From Isurus oxyrinchus (taxonomy: Eukaryota): a DNA stretch of 64,000 nt. The DNA lies in assembly GCA_026770705.1 (NCBI GenBank), contig JANJGN010000017.1:77748001-77812000 (forward strand). The letters are read 5' to 3'. The notes below the pieces were generated by a model. The model searched no databases. It was not told where the DNA came from and worked only from the letters and a program-made list of their open reading frames with translations. Of the stretch, positions 26,105 through 38,800 are shown piece after piece; within the stretch, counting starts at the first letter, position 1; every line of letters begins with the position of its first letter. The position numbers and the translations under genes are program-made.

Positions 26105-27310
26105 CTGATAATTCAGGAGAAAATTAATAGCCAATTGGATGAAAAAGGAAATCCATTATGGATTTGTAAAGGGAAAATTGTGGTTGACTAACTTGCTTCA
26201 GTTTTTTTTTGATAAGCTAACTGAAGAAGCAGATGAGAGCAGTGTAATTGATGTATATGTGGACCGTCAAAAGGTATTTGATGAAGTACTACGCATTAGG
26301 CTTGTTAACAAGATTGAAGTCCATGGAATAAAAGGGGTAGTAGCAGATAGAAATATAGAAAATTGGGATATAAATCAGATTTGTGAATGGCTGTTTTTCA
26401 GACTGGAGGAAGGTATACAATGATGCTCACAAGAGTTCAGTACAAGGACCACTGCTGTTTTTGATATACATTAATGACATGGACTTGGGATACAAGGCAC
26501 AATTTAGAAATCTGCAGCTGACATGAAACTTGGAGTTGTAATAAAATAGTGAGGAAGATAGTTATGGACTTCAAAATGATACAAATGGAATGATGGGCAC
26601 ACGGCATATGCAATTTAAACGCTGAATAATCTGAGGTGATACATTTTGAAAGCAAGGAGAGAAGCTAAATAGTACAATTTTAAATGGGGTGCTAGAAGAG
26701 AGATACACAAATCTTTGACAGTGGCAGGGCTGGTTAACAAAGCAGTTAATAAAGCATATGAGATTTTGGGCTTCATAAGTAAAGGCATAGAGTGCAAAAG
26801 CCAGCAAGTTATCCTAAATCTACATAAAACATTAGTTTAGCTTCAGCTTGAGTATGTGTCCAATTCTGGAAACCATACTTTAGGAAGGGTGTGTAGGCTT
26901 TGGAGAGAATACAGAAGAGATTTACTTGGAATGATTCCAGGGATCAGGAATTATATTTACATGGATAGACAGCAGAAGTTGTTTATTTTCTCCTTGGAGA
27001 AGAGAAGGCAAAGAAGAGATTTTGATAAAGGGGTTAAAAATCATGATTGGCTTAGATGGAGCAAATAAAGGGAAATTATTGAAGGGATGATAATGACAGG
27101 CAAAAGAACCAGAGATGACATGAGAGACAGTCACTCAATGAATGGTTAGGATTTAAAATGCAGTGCCTAATAGGTTGGTGGAAACAGATTCAATAGTAAT
27201 TTTCAAAAGGAAATTGGATAAATACTTAAAGGAGTAGAATAATTGCAGGTGGGAAAATAATGGGAAAAGAGCAGAGGACTGGGACTAACTGAATTGAATT
27301 GCTCTTTGAA
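26105..27310 (+). mobile_element. Degenerate CR1 LINE RT fragment
   Basis: HYGFVKGK..LTNLL.FF and FSLEKRR.R.D remnants. Confidence 0.75.
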
Positions 27311-27318
27311 AGATTCCA

Positions 27319-28866
27319 GGGGTGGAAATTTACTTGGACTGATCCACTCAAGTGAGGGGGATGACAGCATGTTGGGAACAGCTGTACCGTCAGCAATGTG
27401 CTTCCGGCATTACCAGTCAGTGGCAGAGTGCAGATGTAATGACAACCCACAGATGTCTGATGAGGCTTTGTATTTAAAAGGGTTAAAATGGCTGCACCCT
27501 GCATTCTTAGTGAAGACAAATAAATGGTGACAGGGAGATATGGTAAGGCTATCCCTCCTGTCCTCTCTCAGTTGTCTGGCTCCTCACTAGAGGTGAAGCT
27601 GGAAGCAGTTAGAGCCATAAAGGAAAGGTTGCCAACAGACGAGGGAAAGAGGCCAATTCTCCAAACCAAATGTGTGTGTCTGGCGGTTGCGGAGGTAGTG
27701 AGCAGTGGCAGCATGGTCCCTCGCAGCTGGCTACAGTGTCGCAAGAAGTTTATTGACCTTATAAGGTCAGGAAAGGTAAGTGCATAACAGGTGCCATCTC
27801 CACACTTTGACTTCCCCAGTATTTTCCCACACAGCACTCTTCATAACACAGCTTGTCGTTCCAGCCATTCCTCTCTATCTGGCCATCTCCTCATATTCCC
27901 ATCTGAACAGCCAGCATTCACACTCAACTTCATCTTATTGCCATCTTGCACCCATCCTTCACTGCCACCCTTCACAAATGTTGAATTCCATCCTCTTCCT
28001 AACTCTACTTCTCACACTCATAGCTCTGTTTTCTCTCATTGCAGGAGAACAGAACACACAACTCCAGGGAAAGACAGAAAACCTGGAGTGTAGCCATATT
28101 TACCACTGTGGAGGAACAGGCTTTAGACATCAGCAAGGTGGCAGTGTCCATGGGTGTAGACAATGGAGAGCTGGGGGTCTTCCACATATCTGATGGCAGC
28201 ATGAGCTATTGCTTTGCCACTGAGGACATAACAGTCACTCATATTGAATTGATGTCACCGCTAACTGAAATATCAAAATATGTGTAATGTAGAGTTTGAC
28301 CCCTTTCATCAGATTGCGCACTCTTGCGATATTTTGCTTGTCGGCATGTTCAAGAGACAGCAGTGTGCCCACCAACAATTAAGAGGCCTGTTAAGGTCCT
28401 TAATCAATTAATTAAATGGAATTTTTTGCTGCCTGTCCAACTGTTCAGTTGGCGGGTGGTCAAATAGGCCAAGTAGTCTTTGAATTTTTTGGGAAACCTC
28501 ATCCATAGGCAGGATGAGGTTTCAACCAATGATTTAAAAAAAAACTTTTAAAACCCATTTTTAATATGTCCCTGCTCATGTGACAGAGTCACAGGGACAT
28601 GTTTCCCTTATTCTTCCATTCTTTATTTTTCATGTTAAAAACCTTCAGCTCTCTGAGGTAGCTCTGTGCCTTCAGGGATCTTTCACTGAGCACACCCGCA
28701 GGCATGTGCACACTTCAGCGCTCACACTCCTCCCCCTCACCCTGGCAGTGCTGAGCATTTCAGTGTGCGATTCACACTGGCTGGCCCGATCATGGAGGGC
28801 AGACCATTGTGTGGCTGCTCCCCGGCCTGCCCGCCACACCTGCCCAAAGAGGGGAAAATTCTCACC
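27319..28866 (+). mobile_element. Compound Harbinger remnant (Myb/SANT-like exons plus MITE right end)
   Basis: ORF 27524-27787 (AVAEVVSSGSMVPRSWLQCRKKFIDLIRSGK|gtaagt); TIR-like ends ggggtggaaatt and gaaaattctcacc. Confidence 0.6.
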
Positions 28867-30003
28867 AAAGAGTTTGGGCAGCAGTTTTCCTTACAGAAAT
28901 CCTTAATGTTGATTTGCAGCAAGTTGATAGTCCTGCAGGGAAAAAAAATACTTCAGGGCAAAAAACTTTTCGTTTTTAACTTTAATTCTAAACTGCTATA
29001 AATTTGGAAGAAAATTGCATTTGCATTTGGCATGTAAGCTGATTTATATACTTATTTTAATATTAATTTCTTTACTCTTAAGTTTGGGTAGTCTCGTCAA
29101 GTGCCTAAAATGATGTAAACTAAAAACAATCCTCCTACACAGAGAAAAAGCACGGTGACACAGACCTTTATAATGGCTAGTTTCCAAATGTTTCTCTTCA
29201 AACTCTACTTTATAACTCATTTTACCAAGTTGTTTAGCGTGTATGAACCCTTTTAAAACTCAGACATATGATTTTAAAATCTCCAGGTTTATGTTTTTGG
29301 CAATGGATAACAGTCAATCAGTTCCAGTCAACAGTTTATGCTTCTTTGCAAGCATCCGGACAGATGTACAATGTACCAGGCTTTAAGTTTCAATATCTGC
29401 AGTTTAATGGGAGTTTGGTTGTTTGTTGTTCATTGTTAGTGACTTAGCTGCTTCTTCATTTACATCCCTTTATATGTAAAATAAAAAGATACAGCAACCA
29501 ACAAAGATCCTTGGCAAATCTAAACTTATATGTCAGTTTGCCAGTTAATGCCAATGTTTTATTTCACTTTTTACATATAATAATTGGATATGCAAAACTG
29601 CAAAATACATGCTCATTTAACATAAATATATCAAGAACTGACAAATTGATTATTTAATCAAGAATACACTGGCTATATGCAGATAGCACATATCAGGAGT
29701 GGCCATGTCTACCAAAGCAGTTGTGCTTTGGCAAATAATTTCTGCTCTATCAGCTATTCTGGGCTCTCATTGTTCCATCATATACCTTTAAAGTTGTGAT
29801 TGGTTTATTACTGTGTTAGCCTCCTCAGCACATAGTGTGCGACTTTGTTGGTCTGGTGCCTCAGCTATAAATTTGTTACTTTTCTCTCAACAGCCTGGAT
29901 TTTACAGCAGTTCTTCATTTCAAAATTCTGCCTTATACTTCAATTTTAACCACATAATAAGTGTTTCCATATGTTAATGTGTACAGGTCATCTCTGTTTT
30001 TAG

Positions 30004-30225
30004 GAATACAAAGTGTCCAGCTTTGAACAAAGACTTATGAATGAAATTGAATTTCGCTTGGAGAGAACTCCTGTCGATGAATCTGATGATGAAATACAAC
30101 ATGAGGATATTCCTACAGGGAAGTGCATTGCACCGATCTTTGATAAGAAACTCAAACATTTCCGAGTGGTTGAAGGATCACCAGTAACAATGAGCTGCAA
30201 ACTTTTAGGGATACCAGTGCCAAAA
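30004..30225 (+). CDS. MYPN: Myopalladin coding exon, start of Ig3 (EYKVSSFEQRLMNEIEFRLERTPVDESDDEIQ...GIPVPK)
   Basis: Acceptor ttttag|gaa and donor aaa|gtaagc; 222 nt. SSFEQRLMNEIEFRLERTPVDESDDEIQH is MYPN-type rather than palladin-type. Confidence 0.96.
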
Positions 30226-30388
30226 GTAAGCTTTGTATTATCTGTGATATTATTTGTGGGACCCAGTTCCCACAATGCTTGTGAGAGTTAATCATTATTA
30301 TCTAAATATTTCATTTATTCTACGTGAATATATACTTGCTGCAAAACAATCACATCAGTTTACAATAACTTACAATTTATACTTCAAG

Positions 30389-30538
30389 GTATACTGGTTT
30401 AAAGATGGTAAACAAATTTCCAAGAAGAATGAACATTTTAAGATGAAGCGCGATGGCGATGGTGCATGTTCATTGCATATTGAATCAGCCACTAATGATG
30501 ATGACGGCAACTACACAGTTATGGCAGTAAATCCCCAG
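30389..30538 (+). CDS. MYPN: Myopalladin coding exon, Ig3 core (VYWFKDGKQISKKNEH...DDDGNYTVMAVNPQ)
   Basis: Acceptor ttcaag|gta and donor cag|gtgagc; 150 nt; I-set Ig motifs WFKDG and DDGNYT. Confidence 0.96.
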
Positions 30539-33085
30539 GTGAGCACCAAAATCTTTAATTGGAATGTGTGATTTGTCAGCTCATCTTCTGTTTCCATTGC
30601 AACCTGTATCATTATATGATTACAGGATGCACAATTTTTATGGAAATGAAACTGTGAATTGCGATTGTTCAAATAGTAAAGTACATCTGAAGGGAGGGTG
30701 TGCTATTTTTCTGCTCTCTCATCATCATACGCCCATTATGTAGTTATACTCTGAGGCCATTCGCCTCCTGAGCCTGTTCCAGCATTCAGTGAGATCATGG
30801 CTAATCTGCGGCCTAACTCCATCTTGACCATCTTTTGCCCGATATCTCTTAATATCTTGGGTTAATCTTTTATTTTTCCCTCTATCACTTCTTAATAGAT
30901 TAAATGTTTGCCAATAATTTGTTGCTAAGGCACAAGCCCTCTCCATAAGGCTTCAAGGCATTTCCAGTGACGAAGGAGTATGGATGAATCATATAGACAT
31001 ATCACCAATACTAGCAGATACACAAGTTTTTCTATGGGTGGAATCTTCGCAGATTTGCATTAAGTGCGGTAGCGGGTGTGAAAAAAGATGTTTTACCTGC
31101 CGGCCACAATGGCAGGTTTTTGCACCATATCGCCCCCTTCCTGCCTCATAAATTATGCAGTCACGGGAAACACACTAGATCGCAGGCGGGCGGCTTCCGA
31201 TTTGCCTGCCTCACCGTTACCTCGCTGCTTCCTCACACTGGGCGCCATATTTAAACTGCAACCGCCTGTACACTTCTCAATGCTTGCAACTCAGGACTCC
31301 TCTGGTGAAGACATGGCACCAAAAGCCAAGAAGAGTGAGCCCCCCGATTCAGTGACACATCCCTGGGAAGCCTGCCGGACGCTGTGGAGGCCCACTGCGA
31401 TGTCCTCTGCTCCTGTTCTGCCACAGGAAGCCCATAAGTCTCAGCACTCCAGCTTGGGAGGCAGAGGCAGAAGTGGTCAGTGCCAACACTGCACACAAGG
31501 GTTCAGCCATCCAGTACAGAAAACAGATGAATGATCACATCCGTGCCGCCTGGGTAAGTCAGCCATCTCATCGATCTCAACTCACCCACTCACAAGCCTA
31601 TCACATATTCACTGGCATCTCACTCACTGCCAGTTCAAGGGACATCACCACTTACTCTCTCTCACTTACCCTCACATCTCCAACTGGCCTCATTTCCTCT
31701 GGACACTGCCTCCTCATCCTGTCCATGGCTCCACTCAGCACACATGCACTCCTGGCATCCCTCTCACTTAGCCTGCAATGCACCTTCATCATACTCACTC
31801 CATCTGTCTTTATGCAGGACTAAGATTGTGCATAATCAACAGGAGAGGTCCCAGACCAAGGATGGAGTGCCAGAATCAAGGTCCTCACTCCATTCGAGAG
31901 TTGTGCATTGGAGCTAGTCAGAGAGGACGTGGATTGTTTCTGCGGCGATAGTGAGGTCGGTAGCGAACACCCACATGAGGATTCTGCGCCACATCATCCC
32001 TCTCTCAACACTACTCTGAGTCCATTCTTCTGTGTTCAACACAGCTGCCAAGCAGTAATAATCTCCACTTCCTGTCCTAGGCACATCTGACACATCGCTC
32101 TCAGGCAAACTTGACCTCAGCCCCAGCACTAAGAGTACCTTAGATGAGGATCTAAGGGCAGCACAGTTGAAGACCCATCACAGTACTCACCCATACCCTC
32201 CACCAGTGCAGCGATACACACCTCGGTGCGACCTAGATGCAGAGCAGCCTCGGGCTGTCCCACAGCAGGCAGACGCAGGGACATCCTTGGTCGCCAGCAC
32301 TCTGATGACTGCTGGAGGCAAGGAATCTGCTGAGTCAGATGATGAGTCTCTGGACTCAATCAGTTGGTGGAGCTTCAAAGACAATCACGGGAACATCATG
32401 ATGGGATGCCTAGTGCACTCCATCGATTGCAAGGGACAATGGAGGAGTCCGTTCACCTTCAGTCCGAGGTGATAGCACCAGCATGCCGATACACTGAGGT
32501 CAACCCTGGCAGAATGGTCGCTGCCATGGAGACCTTGGTCCAGGACATCAATCCTGCACTGCTGCCCGGGCTGAGCTCCCATCACTGACACCATAGGTGG
32601 CCTCCAACAGTGTCAACGTGAGAGGGATGTGGGGCAGCTCGATCTCACTTCAGTTTTCCCTTCTCCTCAAGGAGTCAGCTAGGGGCTGTTGGGCACCCAT
32701 GGGGAGGAGGACCAGCAGCTCGATAACCTGGGGCCGTCCACCCAGGTGACTCCAGAAATGTCTGGCTGATCCAATTCCCCCCTTCCTGTGATCCCCGTAG
32801 CTCCAGCGACACAGGTCAAAGAGGATGCAGCTGGTCCACAGCAGGACAACCAAAGCAGGCCGGGGTCCTCCAGAGGACATCCGTCAAGGTCATCATAGAC
32901 AGGGCATCACAGTCAGCAGGCTGCCTCCATCTCCATTGTGAATGTCAGGGGAGCACCAAGATGTAGTGGTATGGTTAGGAAGGTTAAGAAGATGTAACTC
33001 TTTCGAGTACAAACCCGTTTCCATCTGTTTCAGATGAAGTTACATTGTTTCATAGTTTTGCCATTGTGAGATTTGAACTCTTGAT

Positions 33086-34365
33086 AATCTTTTAAATGAA
33101 AACAATTAAACCAAATCAACAAAATTGGGATAAATCAGGCACAGCCCCTAATTCAGGTCAGCTGTAAAACCAAGGACAAAAATTTAAAGGAACCTTACAA
33201 ACTTTAAATCAAAATGTGATTAAAGGGGTCAACAAAAAACCCCAGTCCCCGCGGTGCCCACCGAGCACGGAAGGCCTCGAGAGTGCCAGCAGACACCGTG
33301 TGCTCCCTCTCCAGGGACATCCAGCAGCGAACGTAGCCGCGGAAGAGGGACAAACAATCGGGCGGGACTCCCCTGTCGATCGCCTGCTGCCTGGACCTGT
33401 TAATGGCCAACTTGGCCAGGCCCAGGAGCAGGTTCGCGAGGAGGTCCTCCTCCTTCCCGACCCCCTTCCGCACCGGGTGCCCATAGATCAGGAGCGTGGG
33501 GCTGAAGTGCAAACAAAACATCAATAAAAGGTTTTTCAAATAACTAAAAAGGGAGTGCAGCCTACAACACCCTATGTATACATGGTCCACGGACTCCACA
33601 AGACCGCAAAAAGGGCACGTGTCCTGAGAGTCCGTGAACCTATGCATCCTCTTATTATAGGGGACTGTTGCATGCAACACCCTCCAACCCAGGTCCCCGA
33701 TAAAAAGGGGGAGGACACCTCCGTAGACGGCCTCCCACGGGGTGCCTCCGCCGCCGGACGGCAACAAGGCACGCCAGGGCGTGTCCGGTCGACGGACAAG
33801 GGCGAGAAAATGGAAGGTGTGCAGCAGCAGTCCATACAAAAAGCCCCTCTTTGCCGTGCCAAAAGGCACGGAGGTCATGTCCCCAAGGAGGCTCATATTG
33901 CGGGGCACCAGCACCCGAGGGAGGGTTCGGGGCTTGGAGCCAATGTGGAATTCTGTCCAAATAGGGGAACGTTCGGACGGAAGACCATGGCGCACCCGGG
34001 CCACTTCAAGACCCAAAATAACGTCGGGTCCGAGCACGACCGTTCTCAGGTCTTGGATGGCATCGGCTGCGACCTGGACACTCACAGATGCACGATGCGC
34101 CAACTCCTGCGGGAGCATCCAGCCCAGTCCTCCGCCACCCAGCACGTCCCCGATCCTGGTCACCCCTGCGGCCACAGCCCTCCTCTCCGCCAACCACTGA
34201 AAAGGACGGAGGGGCGGATTCCTGAGCAGCGGCTCTCTGATGATAGCCGCTACTCCTGATGGGGGAGAGCTGCGTCGCGAGGCGACCACTTTCCAGACTT
34301 TGATCAGGTCCTGGTAAAAGACGGGCAAAGCCTGCAAGGAGCCACCCAGGCCCATCTGTTCTATA
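33086..34365 (-). mobile_element. Tx1-clade non-LTR retrotransposon, 5'-truncated (copy 1)
   Basis: Open ORF 33204-34355 with the Tx1 ORF2 C-terminus: GDLGWRVLH, zinc knuckle CPFCG..ESVDH....C, HFSPTLLIYG, DLLANLLLGLAKLAI.RSR. Confidence 0.9.
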
Positions 34366-34489
34366 TGGGGTTACAAACCCAGTACCATAACCACTTGGCT
34401 ATTTAGGCCAAGCTAAAACACGTTTCCATCTGTTTCAGATGAAGTTACATTGTTTTATAGTTTGCCATTGTGAGATTTGAACTCTTGAT

Positions 34490-35804
34490 AATCTTTTAAA
34501 TGAAAACCAAATCAACAAAATTGGGATAAATCAGGCACAGCCCCTAATTCAGGTCAGCTGTAAAACCAAGAACAAAGTTGAAAGGAAACTTACAAACTTT
34601 AAATCAAAATGTGATTAAAGGGGTCAACAAAACACCCCAGTCCCCGCGGTGCCCACCGAGCACGGAAGGCCTCGAGAGTGCCAGCAGACACCGCGTGCTC
34701 CCTCTCCAGGGACATCCAGCAGCGAACGTAGCCGCGGAAGAGGGACAAACAATCGGGCGGGACTCACCCGTCGATCGCCCGCTGCCTGGACCTGTTAATG
34801 GCCAACTTGGCCAGGCCCAGGAGCAGGTTCGTGAGGAGGTCCTCCTCCTTCCCGACCCCCTTCCGCACCGGGTGCCCATAGATCAGGAGCGTGGGGCTGA
34901 AGTGCAAACAAAACATCAATAAAAGGTTTTTCAAATAACTAAAAAGGGAGTGCAGCCTACAACACCCTATGTATACATGGTCCACGGACTCCACAAGACC
35001 GCAAAAAGGGCACGTGTCCTGAGAGTCCGTGAACCTATGCATCCTCTTATTATAGGGGACTGCTGCATGCAACACCCTCCAACCCAGGTCCCCGATAGAA
35101 AGGGGGAGGACACCTCCGTAGAGGGCCTCCCATCGGGGGCCTCCGCCGCCGGACGGCAACAAGGCACGCCAGGGCGTGTCCGGGCGGCGGACAAGGGCGA
35201 GAAAATGGAAGGTGTGCAGCAGCAGTCCGTACAAAAAGCCCCTCTTTGCTGTGCCAAAAGGCACGGAGGGCATGTCCCCAAGGCGCCTCATTTTGTGGGG
35301 CACCAGCACCCGAGGGAGGGTTCGGGGCTTGGGGCCAATGTGGAATTCTGTCTGAACAGGGGAACGTTCAGATGGAAGACCACCGCGCACCTGGGCCACC
35401 TCAAGACCCAAAATAACGTCGGGTCCGAGCATGACCGTTCTCAGGTCTTGGATGGCATTGGCTGCGACCTGGACACTCACAGACACACATCGCGCCAACA
35501 CCTGCGGGAGCATCCAGCCCAATCCTCCGCCACCCAGCACATCCTTGATCCTGGTCACCCCTGCGGCCACAGCCCTCCTCTCCGCCAACCACTGAAAAGG
35601 ACGGAGGGGCGGATTCCTGAGCAGCGGCTCTCTGACGATAGCCGCTACTCCTGACGGAGGAGAGCTGTGTTGCGAGGCGACCACTTTCCAGACTTTGATC
35701 AGGTCCTGGTAAAAGACGGGCAACACCTGCAAGGAGCCACCGAGGCCCAGCTGTTCTATAAACAGGAGCTGCACGTCATAATTCAGACCGTGCATCTGAC
35801 GGAA
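34490..35804 (-). mobile_element. Tx1-clade non-LTR retrotransposon, 5'-truncated (copy 2)
   Basis: ORF 34764-35795 ends at a premature TGA. Same family and same 3' junction as copy 1. Confidence 0.9.
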
Positions 35805-38800
35805 TAAGAAGATGTAACTCTTTCGAGTACAATCACATTTCCATCTGTTCCTATTCAGATGAAGTTACATTGTTGCATAGTTTGCCATTGTGAGATTTGA
35901 ACTCTTGATCTTGAGGTTACAAACCCAGGACCATAACCACTTGGCTATTTAGGCCAAGCACTCTTTCGAGTACAAATCCCTTTCAATCTGTTTCAGATGA
36001 AGTTACATTGTTTCATAGTTTGCCATTGTGAGATTTGAACTCTTGATCTTAGGATTACAAGTCTAGTACCATAACCACTTGGCTATTTAGGCCAAGCGTT
36101 AAGAAGATGTAACTCTTTCGAGTACAAAACCGTTTCAATCTGTTTCAGATGAAGTTACATTGTTGCATAGTTTGCCATTGTGAGATTTGAACTCTTGATC
36201 TTGGGGTTACAAACCCAGTACCATAACCACTTGGCTATTTAGGCCAAGCGTTAAGATGATGTAACTCTTTCGAGTACAAACCCGTTTCCATCTGTTTCAG
36301 ATGAAGTTACATTGTTTCATAGTTTGCCATTGTGAAATTTGAACTCTTGATCTTGGGGTTACAAACCCAGTACCATAACCACTGGCTATTTAGGCCAAGC
36401 ACATGTTTCCATCTGTTCCTATTCAGATGAAGTTACATTGTTTGCTATTGTGAGATTTGAACTCTTGATCTTAGGATTACAAGTCTAGTACCATAACCAC
36501 TTGGCTATATAGGCCAAGCTAGTACCATAACCACTTGGCTATTTAGCCCAAGCGTTAAGAAGATGTAACTCTTTCAAGTACAAACACATTTCCATCTGTT
36601 CCTATTCACATGAAGTTACATTGTTTCATAGTTTGCCATTGTGAGATTTGAACTCTTGATCTTGGGGTTACAAGCCCAGTACCATAACCACTTGGCTATT
36701 TAGAAAGTTGCACAGCCTGGGATTGGGTGTTAATCACTTGTACATGTGTTCACTATTGTAAATAAGCTCCCAGGAATGTCTCCTTGCCCATGACTCCTTG
36801 TTATGATGAGCAGTGTTCGTGTCATTGTGAAATCTTGGTTACTTCACAAGATAAAGGCAGGTGCCTCAGTCCAGGACCACTTCCCTGTGAAGTGTGTAGC
36901 CTTCAGAGCAAAGTGATGGTCCAGCTTCATATTCACTGGACACATCAGTGATGCCTGTACCTTGATGGTGCTTTTCATTGCTGCCAGAATGTCATAGGCA
37001 GGTGTCATAGACTATCATTCTCTCTGAGTGCTCTCAGCACCTTTGAGGTGGGGCTAGCCACCTGTCACCAGTGATTGTGTGCTCCTGAAGGGATCAGGTA
37101 CTGAAGGCTGACAAAATATCAGGTGCATTTAATGCTTCATGGCTGCGTCTCCATGATATGACCCTGATCACAGAGCACAAACGAGCTGCCCTCAACCAAA
37201 CAGGAATCAGAAATTCACTGATGCAAGGTGAGTATGTAAGGACTGTCCTCACTGCATGTCGTCATCCTGCAGCTATGAAGGCCTACAAAGCGCACCTGCC
37301 TCTTCTGGCCAGTGCAATGGCCTCATCACCAGGACCCTCACCTTCAAGAACCTCATCACCGTCATCCCCTTTGACGACTTTCTCATCGGAGGAGACGTGC
37401 AGCGCTTCCATCTCCTCCTTAGCCAGACCCTCTCCCCATTGCAGCACCAAGTTTTGTAGCATGCAGCAAGCTACGATGATGCGGGACACCCCCTGGGGAC
37501 TGTTTTGCAGTGCTTCATCAGACCTGTTGAGGCACCAGAATCTCATTTTCAAGATGCCTATTGTTTGCTGCACGGAAGTCCAGGCTGTGGCATGAGCCTT
37601 ATTTTACTGGCACTCTGCTGCTGCCTGAGGCCGCCACATGGGCGTCACATCCTCTGTGGGTAGCCCTTGTCTCAAGGAGCTAATCCTGAAGCCTCTGTGG
37701 ACCCTGGAATAGGTCAGGGATCTGAGACCTGCTAAGGATATCAGAGTTCATGGATGCTCCCTGGGAAGCATGCGCAGACCTGTGGGATATGTTTGTGGTG
37801 GTCACAAACCAGCTGAACGTTCAGCAAGTGGAAGCCCTTGAAGTTGATGTAGTTGACTGCTTGTTGCCATGGAGTGCCACATGAGTGCAGTCGATGGCAC
37901 CCTGCACCTGTGGAAAACCAGAGATCTGCGCAAATCCCAGCGCTCTTACCTCCTGTTTTTCCTAATCCCAGGCAAAATGCACAAAGCTCTGTGCCTTCAT
38001 GAAGATGGCGCCCATTACCTCCTGGATACACTTGTGGGTGGATGCCTGCGAGATCCCACACATGTCACCTGTGGAGCCCTGGAAGGAGCCACTGGCGTAG
38101 AAATTGAGCGTCGCCGGGAAAAAGCGACTTGGCTGTGCGCACCCACAAATGCAGGGCACCTCTTCCTTGCTGCCCTATGGGCAATGCTCATGAATGCTGC
38201 TCAAGGTTGTGTGCAGTCACCTCCAAGTTCATCTTGAAGTTCAGGTCGCCAGATGCACGCCTTTTAAAGGCAGTCATGAAGCTCACCGTTCTGAAGTCAC
38301 ACCAACGTGGGAGGATGATTCCGGCATGAGGGCACAATAATGAGATGCAAGTACATTAAAATTAAGTTCCCGATGTTGGATGGCGGGAAAAGCCGCCCGC
38401 CATTGACAGGTGGAGTGGACAATGGGAAACTGGTTTAACAATGACATGAAACCTGTTTTTGGCCTTCTCACCATATTTTCTGCTCACGCCTGCCTTGACA
38501 CCTTCCGCCAATGGGACTGGACGATTCCACCCATATTTTTCCCTTTGGCTTCTGGAATAAATTTCAAAGGGGTGTAAATGTCTGGGGGCACATTTTCTTT
38601 CTAAAATACTCTTCCATTTTTTAAAAGAAATCATTCAAATGCACTAATAATCTCCTGGAGGTCCAGCATTTCCAGGTCACTTTGTGAAATCCCCAGCACA
38701 TGTGTGCCTCAAGGCTGCTCCATTGCCTGCAGTCACAAATATGACTTTGCAGTAGCCTGAGAACCAATCTGGAAATGCCTAACTGCAGAGAACATCATAT

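Larger units (their letters stand above)
32983..36703 (-). repeat. Array of tRNA-Thr(TGT)-derived short elements (~138-143 bp) separated by copies of the 14-nt target gttaagaagatgta
   Basis: On the - strand each unit has an A-box TAGCCAAGTGG, an anticodon loop TTTGTAA/CTTGTAA, a B-box GAGTTCAAATC and a tail ending gtactcgaaagagt. About 9 full or partial units. Confidence 0.88.
31036..38532. mobile_element. PIF/Harbinger transposon with convergent Myb-like (+, ~31313-32997) and transposase (-, ~37280-38160) remnants; hosts the SINE/Tx1 array
   Basis: TIR gggtggaatc...gattccaccc. Transposase motifs NFKGFHLLNVQLVCD and QTIGILKMRFWCL; Myb-like QYRKQMNDHIRA. Confidence 0.88.

Noticed and set aside
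33216-35654. Long + strand ORFs (234 aa etc.) over the Tx1 copies
   Set aside because: Antisense shadows of the GC-rich Tx1 ORF2.
33204-35795. Gene conversion between the two Tx1 copies
   Set aside because: The central region is more similar, but differences persist throughout, including the 3' UTR; this cannot be distinguished from purifying selection by eye.
36172-36249. Functional tRNA-Thr gene cluster
   Set aside because: Acceptor and T stems do not pair properly, and the units carry a constant ~65-nt tail and TSDs, so they are SINE-like.
35805-36703. True CRISPR array
   Set aside because: Vertebrate intron with no cas genes; the 'spacers' are homologous tRNA-derived units and the 'repeat' is host target sequence.
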